Assembly (NCBI RefSeq): GCF_006345805.1
Contig: NC_042998.1
Coordinates: 86,862,001 to 86,926,000 of the forward strand
Direction of reading: 5' to 3'
DNA from: Octopus sinensis
Taxonomy: Eukaryota
Length of the DNA stretch: 64,000 bases
Shown here: one piece after another, positions 52,401 to 60,864 of the stretch
Layout: each line of letters opens with the position of its first letter
Numbering within the stretch: position 1 is the first letter of the stretch
Notes under the pieces: generated by a model
Seen by the model: only the letters and a program-made list of their open reading frames with translations
Told to the model about the DNA's origin: nothing
The model's database searches: none
Made by a program: the position numbers and the translations under genes

Positions 52401-53722
52401 GTAACCCCACTTTGACACCCGGTCACAAAAATGAAAAAATAGTGTAATAGGTGTAAAACAACATGTAGTAAAGGAATATGAAAAAAAAATGTGTGCTGGC
52501 AAAAGGAGAGCAGGAGGAGGACTCAGAAAATTCACACGATCAATCTCACAGGATCCGAAAACTCAACGTTAATACCTGGTCACAAAGATTAAAAATAAAA
52601 ACTTGTGTACTAGGTGTAAAATAGTGTGTAGTAAATGAATATGAAGGAAACAAATTTTGTTGACAAACGGGGGAAGTGTTGAGAGGACTCGGAACATTCC
52701 CGATGTGAATTTTCTAAGTTGTCTCCCCCACCTCCCGTTTGCCAGCATGCTTTATTTTTTCATGTTCATTTACTACATGTTGTTATACACATATTACACT
52801 ATTTTTTTTTTCACTTTTGTGACCATTTTTTTTTCATATTCCTTTGATTTTATTTTTCAACTTGTATTTTAGCATTTCACTGTAAAACTATTGAAATGGA
52901 ATTTTTGTTTTTGGACATGCTGATTCTTCCGTGAAAAATTGGAGAAGAATCTTCATTTTATGTAATTAAAAAAAATTTTAATTCCAATCCACTCTAAAAT
53001 AACTTTCAAATTTTTTTTGCCAACTGATATTTTACTGTTCTTGTGAAAATTATTTGTGAAAAAATTCATCTGCGTGCAGGGTATGCATCGCCCCCTCCAA
53101 TGCCTTTTTATTTTCATTACTAATTCTTTTCAAAATAAACTGTAGTTTTGAAAATTTCTGTGAATACAAAATTTCCTTAATTAATATCATTTTGTTTCTA
53201 TTTCAGGGAGAAATAGTGGTAATTTCAGAACTTGACAGAGAGGCTGTGGATAAGTACACTGTTATTATTACTGCTCAAGATAACTATGACTATAAAAATA
53301 ATTTTCAAAAACCTGGATGGAAAGAAAATACAACTACAATCTTAATCAATGTAACTGATGTTAATGACAATCCTCCAGTATTTAAGTCTGATAAATATTC
53401 TGAAAATGTACAAGAAAGCATATCAACAGGAATTATCTTGACTGTTGCAACCACTGATGAAGATATTGGAGAAAATGGTAAAGTTCAGTACTCACTACAA
53501 GGAAAGGAATCTGTGTTATTTAAAATGGATCCAGGTACAGGTGTTCTGAGTATTGCTTCAGATTTAACAAATAAAATAGGAGTCAAGTGTTTCAATGTTA
53601 CTGCAAAAGACCAAGGAAATCCACCATTAAGTTCAACTACATCTATTTGTATTAATATTACTGACATTAACAACAACAATCCAAAATTTGAAAAGCCAAA
53701 TGATACAATCACTATACCAGAG
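9693..53722 (+). CDS. Partial multi-exon cadherin gene (13 exons; 8 full + 2 partial EC repeats), cadherin-23/Cad88C-like
   Basis: Thirteen AG..GT-bounded exons join in frame with no stops (2843 bp). DxNDNxP, LDRE/LDYE, DxD and AxD motifs recur about every 105 aa. The family call rests on recalled similarity (e.g. AQDNYDY, DDDKNDF, missing DRE before the last linker) and needs BLAST/phylogeny. Confidence 0.93.
9905..10445. mobile_element. Cluster of tRNA-derived SINE fragments (minus 9905-10065, plus 10170-10270, plus head 10327-10445)
   Basis: A-box TGGCTGTGTGG and B-box-like GGTTCAGTCC; gagttcaaattc..aagtaccag body shared with the copy at 29953-30181. Confidence 0.75.
10645..10833 (+). CDS. 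Cadherin exon B (0 to 0): AYEIK...EDVNDNDP...VKDEDT
   Basis: Acceptor ttttatAG, donor GTactg, DVNDNDP motif. Confidence 0.9.
11335..12640 (+). mobile_element. RTE LINE fragment (RT to 3' end), decayed
   Basis: FGFVPGKSTTDAIFLVRQLQEKY, VGVHQGSVLS, LLYTDDL, RRLHWFGYVM. Confidence 0.88.
13000..14070 (+). mobile_element. Degenerate short tandem units followed by an RTE-tail SINE (to about 13715) and a tRNA-derived SINE (13850-14070)
   Basis: ggtaaccatg..cagcagcac units; ttagaaagggcatccag..(GAT)n; gacagaatcgttagcatgcc..gagttcaaattc. Confidence 0.7.
14690..15175 (-). mobile_element. Ty3/Gypsy leader and Gln-rich gag N-terminus relic
   Basis: Minus strand gives poly-Q/E/L repeats after a PBS-like aacagtgtcaatgagg; homologous to 32060-32330. 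Confidence 0.6.
15812..15976 (+). CDS. Cadherin exon C (0 to 0): VEYSKF...ELDYEKEKQMTFK
   Basis: Acceptor tgttttAG, donor GTaggt, LDYE motif. Confidence 0.9.
17583..17850 (+). mobile_element. tRNA-derived SINE fragment
   Basis: ggttcagtcccactgcatggcatcttgagcaaatgtcttctactatagc matches the head at 10327-10445. Confidence 0.7.
17895..18050 (+). CDS. Cadherin exon D (0 to 0): IVAEDKASS...LPVDEFLPQF...NLITIT
   Basis: Acceptor ttttccAG, donor GTaagt, 52 open codons. Not in the ORF track. Confidence 0.9.
19806..19867 (+). CDS. Cadherin exon E (0 to 2): ATDDDSGKDGEVTYAIFGDN(S)
   Basis: Acceptor ttttAG, donor GTaagt, ATDxD..G.V.Y motif. Not in the ORF track. Confidence 0.9.
20713..20950 (+). CDS. 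Cadherin exon F (2 to 0): FTIDSKSG...LDYEK...ATDGG...GINDNAP...ITVQ
   Basis: Acceptor ctgaaacAG, donor GTaagt; phase matches exon E. Confidence 0.92.
21640..22760 (-). mobile_element. DD37D (maT-type) Tc1/mariner transposase relic
   Basis: TVMVFGCIFSEGDIM..QGLRLNSDSYVKLLETV..PWLESIAAGRPYVW..APCHTSRKSQKWLSENF. Confidence 0.8.
25271..25765. mobile_element. Two RTE-tail SINE copies joined tail to tail (plus 25271-25428; minus 25429-25765)
   Basis: (GAT)n meets (CAT)n at about 25428; the arms are reverse-complement homologues. Confidence 0.88.
25770..26520 (+). mobile_element. DD37D (maT-type) transposase relic
   Basis: ORF 25879-26256: VMVLGVVCNEGHVMPPHFFPQGL..YVFQQDSA. 37 residues lie between the D of QQDSA and the last D of SPDLNLLDY. 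Confidence 0.85.
26768..27001 (+). CDS. Cadherin exon G (0 to 0): ATDADKENSG...IDYE...AEDNGKP...NITVL
   Basis: Acceptor ctatAG, donor GTgagt, 78 open codons. Not in the ORF track. Confidence 0.92.
28915..30835 (+). mobile_element. Decayed RLE-type (R4-like) non-LTR element interrupted by a SINE
   Basis: GIF*GDSLS, FVDNLKLYAKN, HIISSCPK..RHD, FIPVIIGA, IHSITGTVKICKT. Confidence 0.75.
29953..30181 (-). mobile_element. Young, CpG-intact tRNA-derived SINE with 16-bp TSD
   Basis: Head GGCGGTGAGCTGGCAGAATCGTTAGC..GTTCAAATTCC; TSD TATAAACTAAATACCT at 29937-29952 and 30182-30197. Confidence 0.92.
30865..31230. repeat. Compound (CATA)n/(CA)n/(CATG) microsatellite
   Basis: Seen directly; explains the many HTYI/MYVC ORFs. 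Confidence 0.95.
31330..32330 (-). mobile_element. Ty3/Gypsy gag relic
   Basis: VTFEVYYRRY, YAGRVNRECEKFRLDELTPDMFKCLI, zinc knuckles CFACGGLH..CPF and CFHCGKFGH. Confidence 0.8.
32390..33130 (-). mobile_element. DD37D (maT-type) transposase relic
   Basis: Same family as 25770-26520 (VMALGVVSNKGHVMPPYFFPQGFRVN). Confidence 0.8.
33360..33570 (-). mobile_element. tRNA-derived SINE, decayed
   Basis: Homologous to 13850-14070 and 29953-30181. Confidence 0.65.
33970..34042 (+). CDS. Cadherin exon H (0 to 1): DVNDNGPQFQESFYNISIKEDLTE(D)
   Basis: Acceptor ttctgtAG, donor GTttgt, DVNDNGP motif. Not in the ORF track. Confidence 0.9.
34620..35210 (-). mobile_element. RTE LINE 3' fragment
   Basis: DSFSYLGNLISSGEGCSESIV. 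Confidence 0.7.
36690..38960 (-). mobile_element. Ty3/Gypsy gag-protease relic split by an RTE insertion
   Basis: LIAERLKLLELKQLENES (38401-38646) and CQNCGHRH..CPAYGK..KCGKLGHFTRFC (36700-37030) flank the insertion. Confidence 0.75.
37036..38147 (-). mobile_element. Internally deleted RTE element with 7-bp TSD
   Basis: The 5' leader is fused directly to LAYADDI; then LLYGCETW and the end AGSTHPG*. CTTGTGA at 37029-37035 and 38148-38154. Confidence 0.8.
39036..39195. mobile_element. Palindromic Tc1/mariner-type MITE (76-bp perfect arms including TA, 8-nt loop)
   Basis: TA|CAGGTGTGCAAAATT...AATTTTGCACACCTG|TA; arms are exact reverse complements. Confidence 0.88.
39244..39480. repeat. Diverged direct duplication (about 85-bp unit, twice)
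   Basis: cgagcaaatt.aatattt.aaag...ttgctagaaataa..gtcaaaacatt occurs twice. Confidence 0.65.
40508..40944 (+). CDS. Cadherin exon I (1 to 0): SWLLNITAKDND...ATDGGTP...DVNDETP...NKNTIV
   Basis: Acceptor cttgcAG, donor GTaaga; lies within ORF 40456-41001. Confidence 0.92.
41170..44030 (+). mobile_element. RTE LINE (APE C-terminal part, RT, 3' end), defective
   Basis: IISAYAPHSG..RDFNGHVG, KAPGPSG, NYRGIKLLD, VGVRQGSALSP, LLYADDL, RWYGHVLRM. Confidence 0.92.
44840..44975 (+). CDS. Cadherin exon J (0 to 1): PYFEIDHNTG...LDRE...VGTAT(G)
   Basis: Acceptor atttcAG, donor GTaagg. Not in the ORF track. Confidence 0.9.
45045..45395 (+). mobile_element. CR1-type LINE 3' end with (ATT)n tail
   Basis: THGHAYKVRKQHSSHDFRKHFFTLRVAEAWNKLPASVV is the CR1 C-terminal signature. 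Confidence 0.85.
45498..46403 (+). mobile_element. Candidate LTR or unclassified CpG-retaining element
   Basis: TGTT...AACA termini followed by TGG; no TSD and no recognisable PBS. Confidence 0.3.
46611..47031 (-). mobile_element. Candidate solo LTR
   Basis: Minus strand order: CCAAT, TATTTAA, AATAAA, ending TATACA. The 5' TG is degenerate and no TSD is seen. Confidence 0.4.
47700..47860 (-). ncRNA. Degenerate PLE-type minimal hammerhead ribozyme motif (47781-47820) in a short terminal-repeat fragment
   Basis: Minus strand CTACGA-ACA GGAA CGT-GAAA-CTC C GAG-TA-ACAGG; the core and stem I are damaged. Confidence 0.45.
47918..48572. mobile_element. Foldback/MITE with about 200-bp imperfect terminal inverted repeats
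   Basis: 47918-48120 is the reverse complement of about 48370-48572; internal direct repeat aaaatata..aaaac.taacca; TA-rich flanks. Confidence 0.8.
48927..49127 (+). CDS. Cadherin exon K (1 to 1): FLTITIKDINDCYP...ATDDDK...INDKT(G)
   Basis: Long polypyrimidine tract plus cctcAG; donor GTacat. Confidence 0.9.
49420..49900 (-). mobile_element. Old LINE (RTE-like) fragment
   Basis: Weak RLYKA..LHEAET similarity to the RTE post-RT region. Confidence 0.35.
50030..50905. mobile_element. Mariner derivative built from two inverted 5' ends
   Basis: Plus strand MSVKVEQRICIKFCQKLG (50211); minus strand ITEDLGMKCMSARFVPKLL; the 5' leaders are inverted homologues; TIR-like TGAGGTCTGATCAATAAG at the right end. 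Confidence 0.75.
51307..51620 (+). CDS. Cadherin exon L (1 to 0): EISLKTELDRE...EDFNDNAP...IDKIT
   Basis: Acceptor ttttcAG, donor GTaagt. Confidence 0.92.
52120..52825. repeat. Nested inverted-repeat (foldback) array
   Basis: Block 52120-52355 is the inverse of 52579-52825; each block is itself an imperfect hairpin; an extra half-unit lies at 52421-52540. Confidence 0.8.
53207..53722 (+). CDS. Cadherin exon M (0 to 0): GEIVVISELDRE...DVNDNPP...DINNNNP...TITIPE
   Basis: Acceptor tatttcAG, donor GTaagt. No further cadherin-like exon was found before 64000. Confidence 0.93.
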
Positions 53723-53809
53723 GTAAGTTTGTTTTTAATTTTATTGATTGTTGTAAAGTATAATCTGCTATCATGTGCCTGTGCAGCATTTTTGTAAATA
53801 ATATAAATG

Positions 53810-54110
53810 TTGACATGTAGTTCCATATGTCTGGTCAGGTGATCACACTGAATCATTACATCCCCCAAGATTTTTTAATTTTCATTCTCAGTGACTTCTT
53901 CTAGGGTTTTCTCATACCACGTCTTTGTTCTTTGTAGGCTGTGATTTCTACAGAGCCCATAATGGATCATTCTTCCCACATTGTCATGCCATCATTTGTA
54001 TTCACATTGTGCCAATTTTGAGCATTCACTAACAATGTACCACTGTTTCACCCATCTCACCACACATTCTGTATTTGTTGCTTTCGGGAGTGTTGTCTAT
54101 TCTGCATTTC
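53810..54110 (-). mobile_element. R4-like RLE fragment
   Basis: IVSECSKLAQCEYK*WHDNVGR..WYEK. Confidence 0.65.
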
Positions 54111-54141
54111 ATATACTTGGTCCTTAATGTTTGTTCTTGAT

Positions 54142-55940
54142 CTATTATTATTATTATTCTTTCATAACACAGTGTAGGCAAAAATGCACTGGAGTCTTTA
54201 GTCATCTGTCAAGTCACAAGGACCTCAGACCGATAATACAAACCTTAAGATGTGTGCTGTACTCAATAAGGCTGCTTTTTGCAAGACATCAATCTTGCAT
54301 GGGATTTCCAGTTGCCTTAAGAAGTTTTGACTTTTAATGGGATTGAGCCCAATGCTCCAATCACCACTGGTATCACTTTTACATTATCCTCTCGTTCCAT
54401 ACAGTTTTGTCATATCCACTTTCAATTTGGAGTATTTGGTGATTTTTTGCAACATCTTTACTCACAACATTCATGTCATTTGGTATGGCTACATCAATGA
54501 TCTGACAATATTTGTCTCTCTTATTCAATATGACAATATCCAGCTGACGGTGTTCGATTACATGATCCATCTGAAAATCATAGTACCAGTGTATCATTAC
54601 TTTTCCATCCTCCTGCATAACTTTACTTGATACATGCTCACACCAGTTCTCTGTTACTTCATATTGGTATTTACAGCATAGGAGCCAATGAAGATACATG
54701 CACACTTTATCATGGTGGCACTTGTATTCTTTTTGTGCAAGGCTCTCACATCCACTTACCAAGTGGGTCATGTTTTCCACACTCATTCCACAGAATCTAC
54801 ATTTCTGGGTGTCAGAAGTTTTATAGATGTTATACTTCATTGAATTGGTAGCGAGAGCCTTATCTTATGCAGTAGTGATCAGGCTTTCAGTGGTATGCTT
54901 CAAATCACCTCACTCAAGCCATGCTCACGATGCTGTATTATCCTTATCATCTTGTGTATTCCTTTCAAATTGTCCATGCATTCTCATTTCAAGAAGGTCT
55001 TCTTTTCTCTTCTCAGCTCTTTGCTTAAATTCATCTTTGCCCATCATTCATTGAATTTACACCCATATCTTTCATGGTATATTGCAGCAGGTCTTCATCA
55101 CTATTTATGATATACTCAGCCAGTATTTTTCTTTTACTCCTTATACAATTTGGTTGGCACTCCGTCGGTTACGATGACAAGGGTTCCATTTGATCTGATC
55201 AACAGAACAGCCTGCTTGTGAAATTAACGTGCAAGTGGCTGAGCACTCCACAGACACGTGTACCCTTTATGTAGTTCTCAGGGAGATTCAGCATGTCAGT
55301 GTGAGACAAGGCTGGCCCTTCAAAATACAGGTACAACAGAAACAGAATGAAAGAGTGAGAGAAAGTTGTGGTGAAAGAGTACAGCAGGGTTCACCACCAA
55401 CCCCTGCCGGAGCCTTGTGGAACTTTAAGTGTTTCTGCTCAATAAACACTCACAATGCCTGGTCTGGGAATTGAAACCACGACTGAGAGTCTGCTACCCT
55501 AACCACTGGGCCATTGCGCCTCCAACCTTATACAATGGGCTATACTAATTAGTCCTCTGCCACCACTCTTTCTTTTCATATACAGTCTGTTTTCATTTAC
55601 TTCAGGGTGTAGCGCCCCATGCAGCGTCATCAACTTTCTCGACCTTCTATCCAGTGTTGATATTTCCTCCATAGTCCATTTGAGGATAGATGCACTATAT
55701 CTGACCACTGCAACTGCCCATATATTCATTGCAGTAATCAAATTTTTGGCATTCAGGTTGGATTTCAAAACCATCTTCACCCATTTTTGATACACCTCAC
55801 TGACCTTGACTTTCATTTCTCTTTGTAGAATGTCTAAATTCCTAAACACCCATATCCACTACCATCAGGTTCACCCATGGTTTCTTCTTATGTTTATCAC
55901 AATCCTCTGCAGGCTGCTTTTTTCCCTCTTTCATACTAAG
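54142..55940 (-). mobile_element. R4-like non-LTR 3' portion with (TAA)n tail, split by a SINE
   Basis: WAVAVVRYSA..LYMKRKSGGRGL; CRFCGMSVENMTHLVSGC..LDIVIL..IIDVAIP. Confidence 0.85.
55143..55523 (-). mobile_element. tRNA-derived SINE (different head family)
   Basis: GGAGGCGCAATGGCCCAGTGGTTAGG (A box) and GGTTTCAATTCC (B box-like). Confidence 0.8.
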
Positions 55941-55982
55941 TACTGAGCCTTTGGTGATCCTAAATTCCATACTGATGTTTAT

Positions 55983-55985
55983 TAA

Positions 55986-56080
<95 letters not shown>
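55983..56080. repeat. (ATT)n microsatellite; others include (TA)n 2006-2035, 4190-4455, 5345-5410, 6515-6560, 9415-9458; (TAA)n 15403-15476; (CA)n 28720-28775; (CT)n 49310-49389
   Basis: Seen directly. Confidence 0.95.
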
Positions 56081-56081
<1 letters not shown>

Positions 56082-59000
56082 CTTTTCTTCTTCTTTCAAA
56101 TTTGCTTCCATTTCTTGCCGAGTGTCTTCCCGACTCCTAGGGCAAAGAAACTCATAGTATACATTGGGAGGCCATTAAACTAAACTCACTAGTTCGTTAA
56201 TTTTTTTAAATTTTTAAATTTTTTTTTTAAAGTTAAATTAAAATACATGGGTAGTAATAGTTCTCACATCGATAATGCTCTTCTCAATATGTGTGATGTA
56301 CCAGTTAAGACAATCTTTTGCACTTCTTGCAGGGATGGTAAGCCAGGGATCATTCTCATATAATTTTCGGTTCCCTTCTTGATCATTCCTAGTGCTCCTA
56401 CGATCACTGGTATTGTAACTGCCTTGAGATGCCACATTTTCTCAACTTCAATGAGCAGGTCTTTATATTTTCTGAGCTTGTCAAACTCTTTCGCCGAGAT
56501 ATTATGATCACAGGGGATGCTCATGTCGATCAATAAGCAAACTTTATTGTTTTGGTCTTTCACAACAATATCCGGTTTATTGGCTTTGATGGTTTGGTTT
56601 GTATGTACTGGAAAGTCCCACAGAATCGTTACATTTTCTCCTTCAGTTACAGCTTCAGTGTGGTGATTATACCACTTGTCGGCAGTTTTGATATTGTAAT
56701 GCTGACTTATTAGCCAGTGTAGATATTGGCCAACTCTGTCATGTCTTAATTATACTCCACTGGTGCTAAGAATTTACATCCAGAGATTAGGTGGTCCACT
56801 GTTTCAATCATGTCGTTGCAGAATCGGCATTTTGGGTCTGCTCCATTTTTCATCACATTGGGCTGGTAGTTCCGAGTTAATAGGCTTTGATCTAGAGCAG
56901 CCAGGATGAAACCTTCGCTCTCTGCTTTTAGCCCTGAGCTCCGTCGCCACTGATGGGTTTGCTTCTGGTCAACATCAGCTTGTTTGCTACGGGCCACATA
57001 TTTGCCGTGCAGAGGTTTCTCCTCCCACCTATCAGCCAATTGCTCGTGCGCTTTTTTCATTGCCATCATTTTCACCTTCTTTGCAACAATAGTTGCCGTA
57101 CTTCCCTCGGGTTGTTCAGTTTGGGTATCCTGCACGAGATCAATAGCAAATTTTTTGCTTTCCTTTATGATAGAATGAAGCTTCTTTCGTCTCTCGTGAT
57201 TTTCCATGAGCTTTAGCATCCAGTCATTTGTTATTTCAAGATATTTGGCCAGTCCAATTGTGGTTGTTTTATAAGCTAGTTCAAATTGGATCAGGCCTCG
57301 ACCTCCTTGGGCTCTGGGGAGGTAAAGGCGATCTACGTCTGCCTTTGGGTGGTGCATCCTATTACAACTCAGCAGCTTGCGTATTTTCCTATCTATATTG
57401 TTTACTTCACTCATATTCCAGTTCAACACATTGTAGCTATAAGTAACAACTGGAACTGCTAAGGAATTTATAGCTAACACTTGTTACATGCATTTAGTTC
57501 AGATTTCAGGACTGCACGGACTCTCCTATAACATTCCTTCCTGATCTTCTCTTTCATGCTTGCATGCTGAATACCAGAGCCTTCATTTATCTCTAAATAT
57601 TTGTATGTTTGTTCTTGCTCAAGCTCTCTTATGACTGTGTCAACATCTAGCACGACTGAATTTGTGGTCTTCACTTTCCCTTTCTGGAAAGTGGCCTTGG
57701 CACACTTCTCAAGCCCAAACTCCATCCTGATGTCATCGCTGAATGCTTTCACAGTATGCAATAGGACTTCAAGCTCATTATTGTCTTTACCATAGAGTTT
57801 TAAGTCATCCATATAAAATAGATGGCTTATTGTTTTATTGGCAATTTTATACCCATACCCTGTTCTGTTTAATTCACTTGTAAGGGGTATTAGGGCTATG
57901 CAGAATATTAGAGGTGAAAGTGAGTCACCTTGAAAAATTCCACAGTTGATGTTTATATTCTCTGAGGCAAGTACTCCATTAGAGTGGTATAGTTGGAGAT
58001 TCGTATTCCACAATGACATATTGTGCTTCAGGAAGCTTGAAATCACAGGGGAAATTTTGAAGGTGTCCAGCGATCTCAAGATCCATGGATGCGGTATACT
58101 GTTGAAGGCCTTTTTATAGTCAATCCATGCAGAGCTGAGATTTCTGCACTTGTTGTGACAGTTCTCAAGGATCATACGATTAATTAGCAGTTGATCTTTG
58201 CATCCGTATGAGCCTCGGCGGCACCCTTTTTGTTCAATAGGGAAAATATCGTTCTTCTCCATGAATGCATATGTTTTCTCCGCCAGGATAGATGTTAGGA
58301 TTTTATACGTGGTGGATAGACAGGTTATAGGCCGATAGTTTTTTGGAAGGTTGGTTTCATTATTCTTTGGGAGTAGGTAAGTAATACCACTTGCTAACCA
58401 TTCAGGTGTTTTCTTTGGGTCTCTCATAATTCCATTGACCAGCTGAACTAGCTTACCGTGTGCGCATGGGAGCGATGCGAGCCAGAAATTCGGCACCCTA
58501 TCTTTACCGGGAGATTTCTAATTATGGGCCTTTGTGAGTGCCTTTCTTAGGTCTGCTATTGTGATGTCTTCCCATGCTTGTTGTTGTAAATTTTGGTAGG
58601 ATCCTTCTGTTTGTATAATCCAGTCTGCATTTATGTTGTACGTCTTGTCACTCCAAATCCTTTTCCAAAAGTTTTGAACTTCTTCCATGGGAGGGGGGTC
58701 TTTAACGGTTACTTTCTCCTTCCCTATTTCTCTGTAGAATTTTTTGGCATTGGATGTGAACAGCTTATTTTGCTTGTAAAACTTGTTTCTCTTCTCAAAT
58801 CTTCGTATACTTTGGGCTTTTGCTTGGACTTTTTGTTTCAGCGTTTCTTTTATTGATACCAGTTCTTCTCTTGGTGAGGATCCAAATTTTCTCTTCATCT
58901 TTCTTCCTGTTCTGGATCTTACATCATTTCCACATATTAGTTCATTTAATATTGATATTTCCCCTCTCATAAATTCAATCTCTTTTTCAATTTTACTTCT

Positions 59001-60057
59001 CCAGGTTTGATTTCTTCCCAGGTTTGGTTTTCTTTGTTTTTTCGGGGGCATACAGCTGGTTTCAATTGCCCTAGCAGAAGCATAAATAATTTCATTTAAC
59101 TCAGTAAAATCAGGTTTTAATTCTTGTATTATTTCATTTGTTACATAGTTGCCAATTTTGATTTGTTTTTTATTTTGGTTTGTATTTGAGAGTTTATGAA
59201 GTGGTTCTCTATCATTCATACTTGTATGTCTTACAACTTCAAGCGTATTCAGGATTTTCTGCCTCATTTCTGCCATAGACTCTCTGTGTTCTTCAGCAAA
59301 TGCGAGATCTTCAGTTACTGTTGTTTTATCATTTTCCTGGTTATCTTTAACAGGTTCAATAGAATTTCTTGTATCTTCAGGCCTTTGTGTACTTTGGTCA
59401 GATGGCAGTCTTTCAATTAAGCCTCGTGTTGGGCTATTCTGTTCATCTGATTCTTCATTTCCTTTGTGTCTTATATTTATGTCATTTTCTGTTGCGTGCT
59501 TGATCGCGCTTATTTCACTGTCTGTGAGTCTGTTATTTCTAAGGATATCCCTCCTCACATTTGCCAATTTGTTCTCGTCCAAATAGGGCCTACTGTCTTG
59601 ATTCCATGTTCTCCATATACTGTAAGAGTTTGCGGTGTGTCTCTCTTGAGATGGCCTACCTAATGCATTGTAATAAGTGTATATTACTTCTTTATACTCT
59701 TTTCAGGTCCATTTGTTCCGCTTACATTTTTCTTTCTGTGGTGGTTGTGGTGGTGAACTTGGAGGGCTCGAGTTGGGGGATTTCCCGTTCAAGTGACCAT
59801 CCATGTCCATATTCGGAGAACAGTTTGTGCCAGTTGATGACTTTTCGATCCCAGGCTGGCTCTTCCCTGGGGACGCGCTTCCAGATTAACCATAGGACAA
59901 GCGATTTGGTATACTGATTTAGTTTTCCTTTTAGTTTCCAAAAACATTTTGGTGCTACGATAATGTTATCATTTTTGAGCTTTGAGTGGCTCGTGGGGAG
60001 ACGGCCATCATTGCCGTTACAATTATAATCATACCATTATAGCAGCTGTAGCCGGCT
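56081..60057 (-). mobile_element. Near full-length R4/Dong-clade non-LTR retrotransposon
   Basis: A single ORF can be reconstructed from about 59812 to 56264: N-terminal KWT..E, RT (QKGCRRG, QGDSLSP, YMDD), CCHC, RLE (KPDIVV..ID..K..KY). 5' and 3' UTRs present; TAA-type repeats on both sides. Confidence 0.93.
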
Positions 60058-60864
60058 TATTATTAATATTATCATCACCATTATTATCACTATTATTATT
60101 ATCAAAACTATTACTATCATTATTATCATCATCACCATCACCATCATCATCATCATCATCATCAATGATATTGTTTTATGTATAGTCACAGCAATATCTT
60201 ATTATTGTTATTTTTGTTTTTATCATTATCACCATCACAGTATGTTGGCAGCGGGTTGAGTTGTGTGTCTGTCTGTCTCATTGGCTGGCTGGCTGTCTTC
60301 AACGCCAGAATTCTTGCCTGGCAGATGATACATTCATATTTGGTTAACATCTAAAGAGCGGAGGTGAGGTTTGTGTTGGCTGAACTGTGTGTGTGTGTGT
60401 GTGTGTGTGTGTACGTGTGTGTAGATAGATAGATAGATTATCAGCACTATTACTATCATTATTATCATCATCACCATCAGCACCATCATCATCAGTGATA
60501 TTGTTTTATGTGTAGTGACAGCAGTATCTTATTATTATTTTTGTTTTTATCATTATCACCATCACCACCACTACTACCATTGTTTGGGGCAGTGATTGGT
60601 GAAGAGGTCATGCTCTATGGGTCTATAAATAGATTCAGCGGATGGTGGAGAGACAGCCCAAGAGACAAAGGACATTAATGGTCAGGAGAGGTCAAACTTT
60701 TCTATTTTTTTTTCTTTTTGAAGAGCAGTTCAGCCTGTTATATTTGTAATTAATGGTAGGAAGAGAGAAAGAGACTATGTATATATATACCCACACACAC
60801 ATGTATATGTGTACTCACACACACATATGTATATGTATATGTATATATACTATTATTATTATTA

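Noticed and set aside
59950-60057. HDV-like ribozyme in the 5' UTR of the R4-like element (GTC-TCCCCAC-GAG loop)
   Set aside because: P1 does not pair and the GG for P1.1 is missing; only a simple hairpin is supported. A consensus-based search could revisit it.
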